Origin: Octopus vulgaris
Taxonomy: Eukaryota
Assembly (NCBI GenBank): GCA_951406725.2
Contig: OX597821.1
Coordinates: forward strand, 68,076,001 to 68,140,000
Direction: 5' to 3'
DNA: 64,000 bases
Shown: one piece after another, positions 1 to 15,239 of the stretch
Position numbering within the stretch: position 1 is the stretch's first letter
Layout of the letters: every line of letters starts with the position of its first letter
Made by a program: the position numbers and the translations under genes
The notes under the pieces: model-generated
What the model was told of the DNA's origin: nothing
What the model saw: the letters and a program-made list of their open reading frames with translations, nothing else
Databases searched by the model: none

Positions 1-51
1 TGATCAGGAGTGCATGGGATAAAAGTAATAGCAACACAACATGATAACCTA

Positions 52-113
52 ACCCTCTCACCACACATTCTGCATTTTTCGCTATTGCTAGTGTTGTCTA
101 TTCTGCACTTATG
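52..113 (-). mobile_element. Short R4/Dong-clade LINE fragment (start of the CCHC zinc-knuckle region) abutting (TAA)n
   Basis: The reverse complement reads NHKCRIDNTSNSEKCRMCGER and aligns by eye at about 80% nt identity to 14539-14600 (NHMCRKDNTTDSDKCRLCNER). Similarity stops after about 60 bp. Confidence 0.7.
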
Positions 114-1410
<1,297 letters not shown>

Positions 1411-1438
1411 GTTATTCTTATTATTATTATTATTTTAA

Positions 1439-1496
<58 letters not shown>

Positions 1497-1503
1497 CATT
1501 ATT

Positions 1504-2057
1504 GAGTGAGAGAACAGTGCATGCCATCAAAGTGACATTGGGGTAACATATACGAAGCCCAGTATACCTATCATGATTACCCGGCTGATAAAGATACACT
1601 AGGCACATGCATCACAACCATATGTGCGCGACATGGTGATCTCATATCAAGATAAACAGCACATGACCTTGCAGGTTGGGCCCAGTTAGAATTTTCTTCT
1701 CGTCGAGTAACCCATCCCGCTCAAAAGGTCCCTGAATATGGATTGTTTAAGGGTGTTGAACGAAACACCCATGTTTCCAAATGTGAATTATTCAAACTCC
1801 AAAGAATCCCTCTCAACACATGGCTAATATGCTCCCCCACTATTTCTGCTTGTGGTCAGAGATGCACATATCGTCAGCCACTAAAGGACATGGTCAACTG
1901 GTAAAGGTCAAACAACTGACAAACAAATCTGAGGTATTGAGCAGAATATTTGCTGTAGCCCGTCTTTTATACCAAGACAAAACAATATAAATGGTAACAC
2001 TTCCAAATAGTTAAGATCAGAAGCCACTAGGGCCACTGCCTGGTACTGCATCATGGC

Positions 2058-2060
<3 letters not shown>
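1504..2060 (-). mobile_element. 557-bp (TAA)n-embedded element, copy 2 (full length)
   Basis: Colinear with 724-1280, same termini, (ATT)n on both sides. Confidence 0.85.
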
Positions 2061-2147
<87 letters not shown>

Positions 2148-2170
2148 AATCATCATCATTATCATTATTA

Positions 2171-2256
<86 letters not shown>

Positions 2257-2487
2257 GTGTGAGAGAGCAGTGCATGCCATCAAAGTGACACTGGGGTAAA
2301 ATATATGAAGCCCAGTATACCCATCATGACTACCCCTCTGATAAGGATACACAAGGCACATGCATCACAACCATATGAGCGCGACATAATGACCTCATAT
2401 CAAGATAAACAGCACATGACCTCGCAGGTGGGGCCCAGTTAGAATATTCTTCTGGTCGAGTAACCTATCCCGCTCAAAAGGTCCCTG

Positions 2488-2490
<3 letters not shown>
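2257..2490 (-). mobile_element. 557-bp element, copy 3 (truncated at the presumed 5' end)
   Basis: Matches the first ~235 bp of 724-1280, then reverts to (ATT)n after GGTCCCTGAATAA. Confidence 0.85.
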
Positions 2491-2536
<46 letters not shown>

Positions 2537-2566
2537 TTATTATTATTATTTTTATTTTTATTTTTA

Positions 2567-2633
<67 letters not shown>

Positions 2634-2940
2634 GTCGGTGAGCTGGCAGTGGTAGTAGTAGTAGTGGTGGTGGTGGTGGTGGTGTTATTACTATAATTTT
2701 TAGTTTTCGCTTGTTACTAAGTGACTTTAAAACCAAGTTTCGAACACTCCGATAAATGCTATGCCCAATCCTCTCACCCCTGTAGTCACTTTGTAACTCC
2801 TCCTGATTAAAAATTTTGTCTAGATGTGTGTGCGAAAACTTTTCTTCATCCTGTTTGTTCTACTAAACCTATGTTATAGTAGATATACATATTTCCTGCC
2901 CTTATGTATATATATATATATATATATAATGTATGTACAT

Positions 2941-2977
<37 letters not shown>

Positions 2978-2991
2978 ATGTATGCACATAC

Positions 2992-3032
<41 letters not shown>

Positions 3033-5716
3033 CATACATGTATGTATGTGTGTATATATACATACATTTGTATGTATGTACATATATTTATATATGTATG
3101 CGCATATATTTATATTTATGTACATATATACATGTATGCATATATATGTACGCAAGTGCTGGCGCGCGCTCGCTACATATACACACGCGCACACACCACA
3201 CATACACACACCACACATACACACACCACACAAACAATTACATACTCACACGCACAAGCACTTCCCGATGGCAAAAATCCATCACAATAAAATTTTTTGA
3301 ACTTTTAGAGAAATAAAAGAGAAAAAATATTACTTTACTGTAAAAACCAAAATGAAGTGAGTTTGAAAATCCGGAAATCTTGCATCATTATTATCAAATT
3401 ATAATTCTTTGTTAGCATCCAAAACAGCAACTATTACTCTCACACTCATAACGAAATTACGCTGTAACTGCGCGCACAGCTGCAGATATATTTCCTTACC
3501 AAGTAACATAATTCTTTCTGGTTTCTTAACGAATACGTCTCAAGCAGCTCAAAGTTTGTTTTTTTTAATTTTAGATTATTGACTTTATTCCAGGAACAAT
3601 ATTGATGCCCTTCATAGAGAGAGAAATTCTTGTTCGTTTTTTTTTTTACAAAGTCCTTCTTTTTAGACAATTTATCAGCAACTACATTATCTAATGTTGT
3701 TCTTTCTGTTGTTCAGACATTAAAGTATGGCTTCGGCGATATGGAACTACTACTTTCAGTAACTCGAGCGACCACCTAAAGTTTCACTGTCTTTGTTGTT
3801 ACTGTTTTAGCTGTTGCTGTTGTTGTTTAGTCCGTCTTTAATTCAGGTCGTCCCTCTGAATAAACAGACCTATGTTTAGAATCTTTTCCGCTATAACCAT
3901 CCATCTTATCGTCTTCAAACATCTGCTATTATATCCATACACTTAATACCATATTCATTATTCAGTTTAGTCTTAAGTATCCCATTGTTTCAATACTAGA
4001 AAATGCACTAAATGTTGTAGAGTTAAATGTACCTCATAAAGACAACGTGGAAAGCAGAGTGTTATACAACCGACGTTGAATGTGGATAATTCACTGGAAA
4101 TATTGTGAGGCGATTGTTGTTGTTGCTAGGCCTAACTCATCATAAAGCCAATAGCATCATGCGTGATAGTCAGACTACAGTGAAGAAGGCAAGCTACTGG
4201 ATTTGGTTAAAAAGAAGATGATGGGCAAAGGTTAGAAGAATATTGAGCGAAACCTAGTTGCCAATTGATCTAAGCAAGTGAGGCCTCATCTCAATGAGGG
4301 TGGATATATGCAATAATGCCGTGGAGAGGAAGGCCATAAATGGCGCGCATTCTTTCTTGATGACTCCATAAGCTTACTAGCATCCAGTATGCGGAGCTTT
4401 CAACTGGTAGCACTTGCATCTGCAAGTTGTTAGCAAAAAATATGAAATGTAGGATGTCTGCCACATCTCTAACTTTCAGTGCGAAACCCAATTGGCGTAT
4501 ACATGGCCAGAATCATGAATTATTCCGTATCACCCCATACTGAGATCGAACTGGTGGACAGTGCAACTCGAGATGGTTGGTGTCTTGAAGGGGTACTTGA
4601 CATGCTGGACATACAGAGCATTCACAATGCCCCTATTGATTAAGGATAACCACTGTTTAGTCATTATCTCTTAGCTCTATATTTTATATGCTTGCTTCTT
4701 TCAAGATAGATGATTAAAACAGGACAATGTTCAGAGAAGTCCCACATCAGTGGTTTTTGTGGGTTTCTGCAGCTGAGAGCTTGCTGTCTTCATTCGTATC
4801 TCCGTGCTTCGTTAATTTTAAAAATTTCTTTCAGTGATTTATAGACATACCTCTGTTGTTTTGGCCTTGAGGTACGTGGATGCCTCGTCGTTGTTTATAT
4901 GAAGGATGTAATAATATTTGTGCTTCTAATATGATGATGCTCTTTTGGAGGGGTCTCCTCTCAAATGCATCGAATCACCACGCTTTCGTTGTGCAGGAAG
5001 GGAACTACGGTAGCTAAATGGCTCTGAAGAGTAGGTCAGCAAATACTCAGGCTAAACCGGAAGAAAGAAAGGAAACAATTATATAAATTCTAACAAGGTG
5101 TTCAGACAAGGACATTACTTCTGGCCCCAGATTCACACATCCAGAGGAACACAGGATGGGATTTTAAAAAAATTGTTGCTGTTAAGTCAAGAAAGTGGTG
5201 CTATCATATAACGTCTAGAAGTCGGGGGCCATTTTGTACTCGTAGTTCTTGTTGTCCTAAAAGCAATGTTACTTATATTGAGAGCTGCGAAACTATGTTG
5301 ATACGTCTTAGATGATATGATTTATACCAACGTATTTAATTAAAATAATCGTTAGTAATATCAAATTACTCCTTAATATCGCAAAATGATGTGAAACAAT
5401 CCAGAAGATTTCGAAACAGTCTTTGCTTGATATAATTTTATAGAATTTTCTTTTGGCGTAATTGTAAGGATTTAATATGTAAATGCTTTTCCAAAATTGT
5501 TCACCAAAATTAAAGCTATGGTAACGCAAATACAAGATTGTATGAACATACACACAGGCACATACATACATACATACATACATACATTACTAAAACCTAC
5601 ACTAATATAAACATACACTATCTCACACACACGAACATACAAAGTCAATAATATATATACTTAGACGCAACACAAGTACATACACAAACATATTCATACG
5701 TAAACATATGTATATA

Positions 5717-5780
5717 TATATTTATATACTCTTATAAATGTATGTATATATATTTGTACACACACGCGCGCATACCCACA

Positions 5781-5852
<72 letters not shown>

Positions 5853-5919
5853 TGTATATAGATAGATAGATAAGTTGACAGATTAATAGGTTGATAGGTT
5901 GATAGATAGATAGACAGAC

Positions 5920-5999
<80 letters not shown>

Positions 6000-6008
6000 C
6001 ATATATAC

Positions 6009-6051
<43 letters not shown>

Positions 6052-6533
6052 GACAGACAGAGATGCTTACGCATCTATACTTTCGGAGATAAACGACCCT
6101 ACAGCCCTATAACTGCAGTCCTACATTACAGATCCTATAGACTGACATGGTTTCGGAACTTTATTTCCCTCTCAATCGATATTATTATCAAAAGCTAATT
6201 CAATTTTAGCTTAAGTATTAAAATTCCGCTGAAATCGTTGGCTTCATTTACGGTGATTCGCTTGTTATACAATTCCATGTTACTTCGTCGTTACGTCATC
6301 ACTTATATGTATTCTAACGGCGATAATATGTTTGAAATTATCTAATATTCGGTGTCTCGTCCGTAATTGTAATCATCATCATCATTATCATTTAGAATAT
6401 GTTGGATGCTTCCTTTATCTACCTTCGTTTCCCTGATTATTTTTGACTGTGGCATTTGATACTTTTGCATATTTATATACTCTTATAAATGTATGTATAT
6501 ATATATTTGTACACACACGCGCGCATACCAACA

Positions 6534-6609
<76 letters not shown>

Positions 6610-6640
6610 ATATATACGTATATATATATATATATAATTT
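5717..6640 (+). repeat. Local direct duplication of about 70 bp plus (TA)n at 5717-5850 and 6469-6640
   Basis: ATATTTATATACTCTTATAAATGTATGTAT...TTTGTACACACACGCGCGCATACC(C/A)ACACTCATATA occurs twice, about 750 bp apart. Confidence 0.85.
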
Positions 6641-6910
6641 TTACATATTTGTTTTGCAAGGTTTTATATTGCTCGTATCAGTTCATGCTCAGGATTTTTA
6701 TTTTAGTAAAAACTTTGTATTTTCAAATTATTTCTCACAGTTTGAATTATATGAACTCATCCTTTCCACGTACTTTTTCATATTTCCTCATACTTTAAAA
6801 TCATATATGGTCCGTAAATTTTCATAAGCTTCTTTTCTGTGTTCGTTTTTGCTTTCATTACATCCAGAGAGATAGCATATAACAATTGTTTTACTCATCA
6901 AATTTTTTTA

Positions 6911-7914
6911 GAAGAGTGACTTCAGCATTCGAAACTTCCAAATCACTGTTACTTATCCGTTTGTGTCTCTGTACAGCGAAGCACGTGTGAAAACAGGTCC
7001 AAACCACGATGAAGACAATAGCTTTCTAATACCAAAGACAGAGTAAAATATAAACTTTTATTGAAACAGAAAAAGCTTCTTAAACTCTGTTCCAATTTCT
7101 TTGTCTATCTAATATACGCTTTTTACTCTACTTTTCTTTGTATCTATATCACTTCCTATATTGTACTCAAACTGATGTTAAATGTTAATGCTTGATTGAG
7201 CCATGTCTCAAAACTTAGCTAAATCCACAAGTCTCTGTGACGTTTTTAGCTACATTTTTCTCTAGTATTACCCCTTTTTTTTCCTTTTCTTAGACAAACG
7301 CTCTTTCCCCCCATTTCCTCCATACCAAATTCATTTATTTATTTATTTTATGATAGCCGTTTGCCCTTATTTTCATATTTTTTTCCTATTATCGATTTGC
7401 TCTGTCCATGTTCCTTGAATTCTGTCTGGAACGTTTCCTTGGCTGCAAGTATCATAACATATTATAACACTTCTTCTGTACCAATGAATAGCGATTAGTT
7501 TTATTAGTTTATTCAGCTTTATTTCATTCATTATATATATTTATATATATTTTCATCAACGATCAATCTGCCAGATTCCATATAACTGTCTGTCATAACA
7601 TGTGTCCAATTGTCACCAACAAACGTAAAGTTTATAATTTACCAATAATTATCACTACACCTTTTATAAACATTTCTTGAAAAGCATTTTATTCTATTAA
7701 AAGTTCGCTGATGATCGTTTATATGAAATCTGGAGTAAAATTTAAGAAGCTTTTTCTGTTTCAATAAAAGTTTATACTTTACTGTGTCTTTGGTATTAGA
7801 AAGCTATTGTCTTAATCGTGCTTTGGACCTGTTTTCACACGTGTCTCTCTGTACAGACACACAAACGGATAAGTAATAGTGATTTGGAAGTTTCCAATGC
7901 TGAAGTCACTCTTC
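6911..7914. mobile_element. MITE-like element with about 175-bp terminal inverted repeats
   Basis: 6911-7086 (GAAGAGTGACTTCAGCATT...AAAAGCTTCTTAAA) is the reverse complement of 7741-7914, with few mismatches. AT-rich non-coding interior; no clear TSD. Confidence 0.7.
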
Positions 7915-8398
7915 ATGTAAAAGATTAATAATACATATACTCTACCCAAACTGTGTAGTCTAATTCTAAAGTTTGATGTTACATTGTTTTTGTTATAGCT
8001 TAACATAAAAAGAAGCATTAACACACAAGCCCCCCCCCCACAAAACACACATAAACAAACAAACACACATACATATATATATATATATATACATACATAC
8101 ATATGTTTGTGTATACATATATGCATATGTATGCATATATATATATATATGTTTGTGTGTATATATATATATATATACACGCACACACAAACACATGTAT
8201 AGAAAGAAAGCGAAAGCTAGACAAAGAGATAGACGGGTATATATATACATGTATGCTTAAAAGCCTATATATATATATATATATATATATAAATATATAT
8301 AAATGTACACATATAAACATACATACACATCTGTACATGCATAGATATATATTTATGCTTATATATGTATATACACACACACATATATATATATATAT

Positions 8399-8459
<61 letters not shown>

Positions 8460-8916
8460 TATGTATCTATGCATAATAGGGTTTTAGATACTGTTATTGA
8501 TTGGTTTCGTTGAAGCTATTTCTTTTTTTTTTTTTTTTTAACATTTTCAATCCAATATAATGTTTGGCGTAGGTTAATGAGACAATGAATATACCATTAT
8601 AACATTTTTTCACAATAGATTCCCGACTTTCATTAAACAACATTATGATGGCACATATATCACCCCGTTCTTTCTCTCTCTCTCTCACTCTCGTTCTCTC
8701 TGTTTCATTTTCCGACTCTGTCTCGCTTTTTGTTTTCCTGTGTATGTATTTGTCTATTTCTATCTATCTTTCTGTCTGTCTATCTATCTATCTATCTATT
8801 TATCGATCTATCTATTTGTCTGTCTGTCTCCCTATCTATCTATCTATCTATCTACGTATCTACCTATATCTGTCTCCCCCTCTTTCTCTCTCATATATGC
8901 ATACACACATACGTAC

Positions 8917-8957
<41 letters not shown>

Positions 8958-8979
8958 TATATATATATGTATATATATG

Positions 8980-9040
<61 letters not shown>

Positions 9041-9394
9041 ATATATGTATGTATATATATGTATTATATATCTCTTATTATAAAAGGCAGATTTTATCTG
9101 CCTCCCTTTGGGAGTTATACAAATCTACAATATAGGATTTCTTCAATTACAATTTACCTAGCATTTTTAAGAGTACAATGCATCGCGTCATGCCAGGTCC
9201 AGTTTTTAAAATTTAAACTCCAATTAAGCAAAATTTACAGAAAACTCACATTCTGGTGTGTGTGTCAAATGCTTTTCTTAGTCAAAGGGAGCGAATTGTT
9301 TCACTGACGCTATCACCCTTCTCCTCCTTTGTCTTTGCAAGTTTGCAGCTATTAAAGTGAAAACAGTGAATCCGACAGCGATAAAGAAAACGAA

Positions 9395-9705
9395 TTGGTA
9401 CCTGAATGGAGTGAAAATTTAAAAACTGTTTCTTTCGGTGAGTTTTCTGAAGAAACTGGACCAAGCCACAGACTTTCCCAGAAGAGTAAAGCCTTAGACT
9501 ATTTCTATTTACTTTTTAGAATGAACCTATTTGAAATCATTACGCTAAATGATTTTAGAATGAACCTATTTGAAATCATTACGCTAAACGTAAACAAACC
9601 GAAAGAAAGGATAGTTTGTTATTTCCCCCAACCTTAAATGAAATTAAGGCCTATTTTGCCATAAATATTATTATGGGTATCAGAAAGTTACCCAGAATAA
9701 CAAAT
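9395..9705 (+). pseudogene. piggyBac (PGBD4-like) transposase N-terminal fragment inside the Helitron
   Basis: Reads WSENLKTVSFGEFSEETGPSHRLSQKSKALDYFYLLF..NLFEIITL, then after a frameshift TLNEIKAYFAINIIMGIRKLPRITN. This fits the piggyBac motif (F..GP...LDYF.LF...EIKAY....I.MGI.KLP). Contains a 39-bp internal duplication. Confidence 0.75.
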
Positions 9706-10220
9706 TCTATTGTAAAATTTTAATAATTTTACAGAAAGTTACCCAAAATAACAAATTCTATCGTAAAATTTTGTTGTATACCCAATTGAATATTAGCTAA
9801 TAACCCATTTTCTATAGCGATGTTTGAACAAAATTTTAATAATTTTACAGAAAGTTACCCAGAATAACAAATTCTATCGTAAAATTTTGTTGTATACCCA
9901 ATTGAATATTAGCTAATAACCCATTTTCTATAGCGATGTTTGAACAAAATTTTAATAATTTTACAGAAAGTTACCCAAAATAACAAATTCTATCGTAAAA
10001 TTTTGTTGTATACCCAATTGAATATTAGCTAATAACCCATTTTCTATAGCGATGTTTGAACAAAATTTTAATAATTTTACAGAAAGTTACCCAGAATAAC
10101 AAATTCTATCGTAAAATTTTGTTGTATACCCAATTGAATATTAGCTAATAACCCATTTTCTTTAGCGATGTTTGAACAAAATTTTAATAATTTTACAGAA
10201 AGTTACCCAGAATAACAAAC
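9681..10220 (+). repeat. 116-bp tandem array (about 4.3 units plus a partial unit) inside the Helitron
   Basis: CAGAAAGTTACCC starts recur at 9732, 9848, 9964, 10080 and 10196; units are nearly identical. Confidence 0.95.
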
Positions 10221-10511
10221 GAGCCCTTCTGGGTATTAGCGCGCGTCTACGATGAGTCTACGATTTAAAAAAAAATTACCATCATATTTTTCCATTTTAA
10301 TGCATTTTTTTCGCTTTTATATAAGGGAAATAACTCTCTAAAAATATCTACGATGTGTCAACGATTTAAAGAAAAATTTACCTTAATTTTTTTTCAATTT
10401 TTAATGCATTTTTTTGCTACTTTTTGGCTATAACTCTCTAAAAATGCTTATATAGTTATTTCCCTTACAACCCGAGCAACGCCGGGCGATACTGCTAGTA
10501 TATATATATAT

Positions 10512-10740
10512 GGCGGCGAGCTGGCAGAAACGTTTGCACACCGGGCGAAATGCTTAGCGGTATTGCGTCTGTCGTTGCGTTCTGAGTTCAAATTCCGCCG
10601 AGGTCGACTTTGCCTTTCATCCTCTCGGGGTTATAAATTAAGTACCAGATACGCACTGGGGTCGATGTAATCGACTTAATCCGTTTGTCTGTCCTTGTTT
10701 GTCCCCTCTATGTTTAGCCCCTCGTGGGCAATAAAGAAAC
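10512..10740 (+). mobile_element. SINE family A (tRNA-like head, Meta/Nin-like core GCCTTTCATCCTTTCGGGGTCGATAAA)
   Basis: Head GGCGGCGAGCTGGCAGAA, B-box-like GAGTTCAAATTCC and tail ...TAAAGAAA. Many copies in the window. Confidence 0.9.
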
Positions 10741-10741
10741 A

Positions 10742-10772
<31 letters not shown>

Positions 10773-10844
10773 GCATATATATATATATATCTATATATTT
10801 ATATTTATATATATATATATACATATATAAATACATATATATAC

Positions 10845-11290
10845 GTCTGGACAGCGTCTGCTCACATGGCCGAGCTTATGGAGGTATCGGTTGATGGTGC
10901 TTTGTGAAGGACCAATTTCTACCGACAATGTACGAGTGCTTGTGCTTGGCTGTTCAAAGATTTCTTTCAAACAAACCTCATCTTCCACAACAAAAGTTCT
11001 CCCTAAACTTGGCTTGTCTTCGAGGCTGGTGTCACCTTCTTTGAAACCTCTGAACCAGTTTTGTGCCACAGGATCCTTGACAGTTCCTGAACTTTCCACA
11101 TCGTTAACTTCTTTTGACGCCGCTCTTGCACTCAGTCCTGTTTTCTACAAGTTACGTAAAATGGTTATAGTTGCAATTTTTCCATCACTCATTATCAAAA
11201 TGTAAAATAAGAAGTAAAACATTCATATTTACATGTTATATATAAAAATAATGAATAAACAATTCAGCAATGATTGGACAACAAATTATA
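10845..11290 (-). mobile_element. Mariner transposon remnant (N-terminal HTH region of the transposase)
   Basis: ORF 10791-11099(-) reads GTVKDPVAQNWFRGFKEGDTSLEDKPSLGRTFVVEDE...[28 protein letters not shown], matching mariner WF.RF..GD.SLED.PRSGRP. Truncated by (TA)n; the right boundary is approximate. Confidence 0.85.
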
Positions 11291-12105
11291 CAAAATTAAT
11301 GATATAATATGGAGATAAAGCTGCCAAAACTCATCAGTGAGAATTCGAAAATTTTTTGACTCAACTTGTATATTGTTGACGCTATAAAATTCTCGCTGGT
11401 AAGAACGAAGGATCTAAAACGAACAACAAAAATCGAAGGTTCTCTTTGATATAATAGTAGAACGCCTGTGATAGTTATTGGAGATGTGGGTTCGAGTCTC
11501 AAGGATAGCCTTCCACTTTTTAGTAACCCATTGTATTTTTCAACCAAATTTTTAGATTCACAGCTTAATATGTACTTGGAGAACCAATTCCAAAACAGAA
11601 TACATACACACACACACACACTCACACACACACATTTATGCATATCCGTACGTGTGTATTAACAAACTACAATCAAGATGGCTGTTGTATGTATATATAG
11701 AAAAACAAGCAAGTTAAGAGATATATCTATAAAGTGGAAAGTTATTTACTAAATATTTCAGATACATTATTACTTTTATTCTATCATTTTTTTTACTTCC
11801 TACATATATTTTTTTAAAGAACTATTTATTTTCGTCTTCCATTTTTTCATAAGAAACAGGACATATATAGATTGTGTATATGCCTATATATTTACATATG
11901 TATACATATATAAACGTATACGTTTATAATTCTATATCTGAGTGAGTTCGTGTACATATATGCACATATGTGAGTGTGCGTGCATATGCATTTATATATG
12001 TCTGTATATTTATATATACAAACACATATATATGTATCTGTCTAAGTATATGAATACTTATATATATACATATATATTTATGTATATACATATATACATG
12101 CAACC

Positions 12106-12150
<45 letters not shown>

Positions 12151-12299
12151 CATACATATATACATACATACACAGAGGGACGGAGACAGACAGACAGGTA
12201 TACATATACACATAAAGCATATGTGTGTGTGTGTGTGTGTGCGTGTGAATATTTGAATGAATCTTCGTAAAAAAATCTGAAGAATAGAAAGCCTGGACA

Positions 12300-12422
12300 A
12301 CATCAACAACAACAATAATCTATATAACAACGATAAGAATAAGAGCATCAAGACGAAGAGGAATATCAAAAGGAAAAAATAAATAAAACAAGAAGAGAAG
12401 AAGAAGAAGAATGATAATAATG

Positions 12423-12488
<66 letters not shown>

Positions 12489-13048
12489 GTAATGATGATA
12501 ATAATAACAACATTAAAATATGTGTAGCATCTTTACATCTTGTCTCTGGCAATTAGATTGTCTATCTTGATCAATAACAAGAGTAACTACAATACTAACA
12601 ACAACAACAGCAACAACAACAACAAGCTCTACAATGACAACGGAGACGATGACGACAGCAACAACAACAACACTGTGGCTAATAACAACAACAGCAACAA
12701 CACCGTGACAAAATGACTGCAGCAACAACAAAAGTGGTAGCAACGACAGACAAAAAATTTAAAAAATACGATATTAAGAAGACAAAAACAAAAGCAAAAA
12801 ACAAAAAACAAAAAAAAACAGTGATAACAACAATAACAATACCAGTGACAGATAGCAGAAATAACAACAACATTGACAGTAATAACAACAACAACAACAA
12901 CAACAACAAAGGTAGCACCACCGACAGTCAATAAAAACGAGTAAAAAAAAATAATAATAGTAAAACAAAATAATATAAACTACAGCAAAAAGATTGTAAT
13001 TACAAGGTTACCAACAACACCAGCAACACGAACGACAGCTCGATAATA

Positions 13049-13116
<68 letters not shown>

Positions 13117-13120
13117 CAAC

Positions 13121-13170
<50 letters not shown>

Positions 13171-13195
13171 TGATGATGATGATAATAATAATAAC

Positions 13196-13254
<59 letters not shown>

Positions 13255-13480
13255 TGATGATGACGATGATGATGATGACAACAATACTACTGAGGATGAT
13301 AGTGATAATAATAACAACAGCGTCGATGATGATGACGACAATAATAATGATTATCATAACAATAACAATAATATTGATGATGATGGTGGTGGTGGTGGTG
13401 GTAACTGTTGATGATGATGACGATAGTAATGACAGTAACAATAACAATAAAATTGGCGATGATGATGATGGTGATGATGA

Positions 13481-13536
<56 letters not shown>

Positions 13537-13545
13537 GAAGAAGAA

Positions 13546-13576
<31 letters not shown>

Positions 13577-14440
13577 AAGAAGAAGAAGAAGAAGAACAAG
13601 AAGAACAAGAACAAGAACAAGAAGAACAAGAAGAACAAGAACAAGAACAAGATGATGACGACGACGACGACGACGATGATGATGATGATGATGATGAAGG
13701 AGGAGGAGAAGAAGAAGAAGAAGAAGAAGAAGAAGAAGAAGAAGAAGAAGAAGAAGAAGAACAACAACAACAACAACAACAACAACAGCAGCAACAACAG
13801 CAACAAACGAATACGAGAGCGACGGCTGAAAAAACAAGAGAAACAACAACAACAGCATCAAAAGCAGTAAACAAGCGATAGCAAAAAAAAAGTTTCAAAA
13901 AAGATATATAAAAGAAAAACACAGCTAACAATATATTAACAAGAAGAATGACAAGAGTAAAAATATTTCAAGAAAGACAAAATGGCGAAATCAATCATTG
14001 TTGGCTGTAATCTCCATTACTGCATTACTGTTCGCCTCACATCGCAGATGAGTGATTTGTTTCTTCATCAATGGTACTGCGGTTTCATTGTGATATGATG
14101 GTACTAGCTACGTAACGTCGATGACGTTGTGGATGTCGATAGTGTTGAGGAAGAGGATGATGACGTTGATGATGATGATGATGATGATGATCATGATGAT
14201 GATGATGATGATCATGACGATGACGACGACGACGATGACGATGATGATGATGATGATGATGACGACGATGATGATAAAGATGATGATGGTGGTTGTGGTG
14301 ATTGTGGTGGTTGTGGTGATGACGACGACGACAAGGGCGACGATGAGAGGAGGATGACGATGGTAGCGATGATGGTAGATCATCATGATTATCATCATCA
14401 CCATAGTAATAATAATAATAATAATGATAATAATAATGAA

Positions 14441-14538
<98 letters not shown>
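12300..14538. repeat. Compound trinucleotide microsatellite block (AAT/AAC/GAT/AAG/GAC)
   Basis: Directly visible; produces homopolymeric ORFs in all frames. Confidence 0.95.
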
Positions 14539-14539
<1 letters not shown>

Positions 14540-15239
14540 CATATGTGCAGAAAAGACAACACTACTGATAGTGACAAATGCAGATTGTGTAATGAGAGGG
14601 GTGAAACGGTATGGCACATCGTTAGCGAATGCCCGAATTTGGCACTACGCGATTACAAACGACGCCATGATAAAGTGGCAAGAATGATCCATCGGGAACT
14701 TTGCGGAAATCACAGCCTACAAAGAGCAAAGACGTTGTATGAACAAACCCCAGAAGGAATCACCCAAAAAGAGAACTGCAAGATCATGTATGATGTAATA
14801 ATCCAGTACGATCACCTGACTAGACATAAGAAACTGGACATTGTTGTGGTGAATAAAAAAAAGAAAGAACATGTGTAGTAATCGACACAACATGCCCCGG
14901 TGATAACAGGATCGATGTGTAAGAAGAAGAAAAAATAAACAACTACAATGATTTAACGTGGGAAATACGAAGGTTGTGGTCAAGGAGAAGAGTAGACAGG
15001 ATACCAATAGTAATTGGTGCACTTGGAAGTATCAGCACTCAGCTACTAACATGGCTGAAAAAGATCGGTACAAGTGTGACGGTAGAACACCTACAAGAAT
15101 CAGCATTGCTTGGAACTGCAAGAATTCTTCGCAGGGTTCTTGAAGCATGATCAATCAGTAAACAAGTGTCACCTTAGTCTGCTGGCTGTGGACAGCTGAC
15201 ACGTTCTAACACATCCAGCAAAATAAGCTGTGAGTTTTC

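Larger units (their letters stand above)
9071..10498 (+). mobile_element. Non-autonomous Helitron
   Basis: 5' end A|TCTCTTATTATAAAAGG. 3' end has the hairpin CCCGAGCAACGCCGGG (10471-10486) followed by CTAG|T (10495-10498). Inserted between A and T in a TA-rich tract, with no TSD. Confidence 0.8.

Noticed and set aside
3717-3840. Acceptor-like TTGTTCAG followed by the frame IKVWLRRYGTTTF...
   Set aside because: No convincing donor, the frame runs into low-complexity sequence, and no homology is recognised.
4050-5100. Possible decayed RTE LINE pieces
   Set aside because: Only a vague resemblance; no motif I can state with confidence.
9681-10220. Regular array superficially like CRISPR
   Set aside because: Units are identical tandem copies with no unique spacers, in a eukaryotic context with no cas genes.
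14129-14538. Acidic poly-D/N N-terminus of the 249-aa ORF as a real protein domain
   Set aside because: It is in-frame microsatellite upstream of the truncated LINE fragment.
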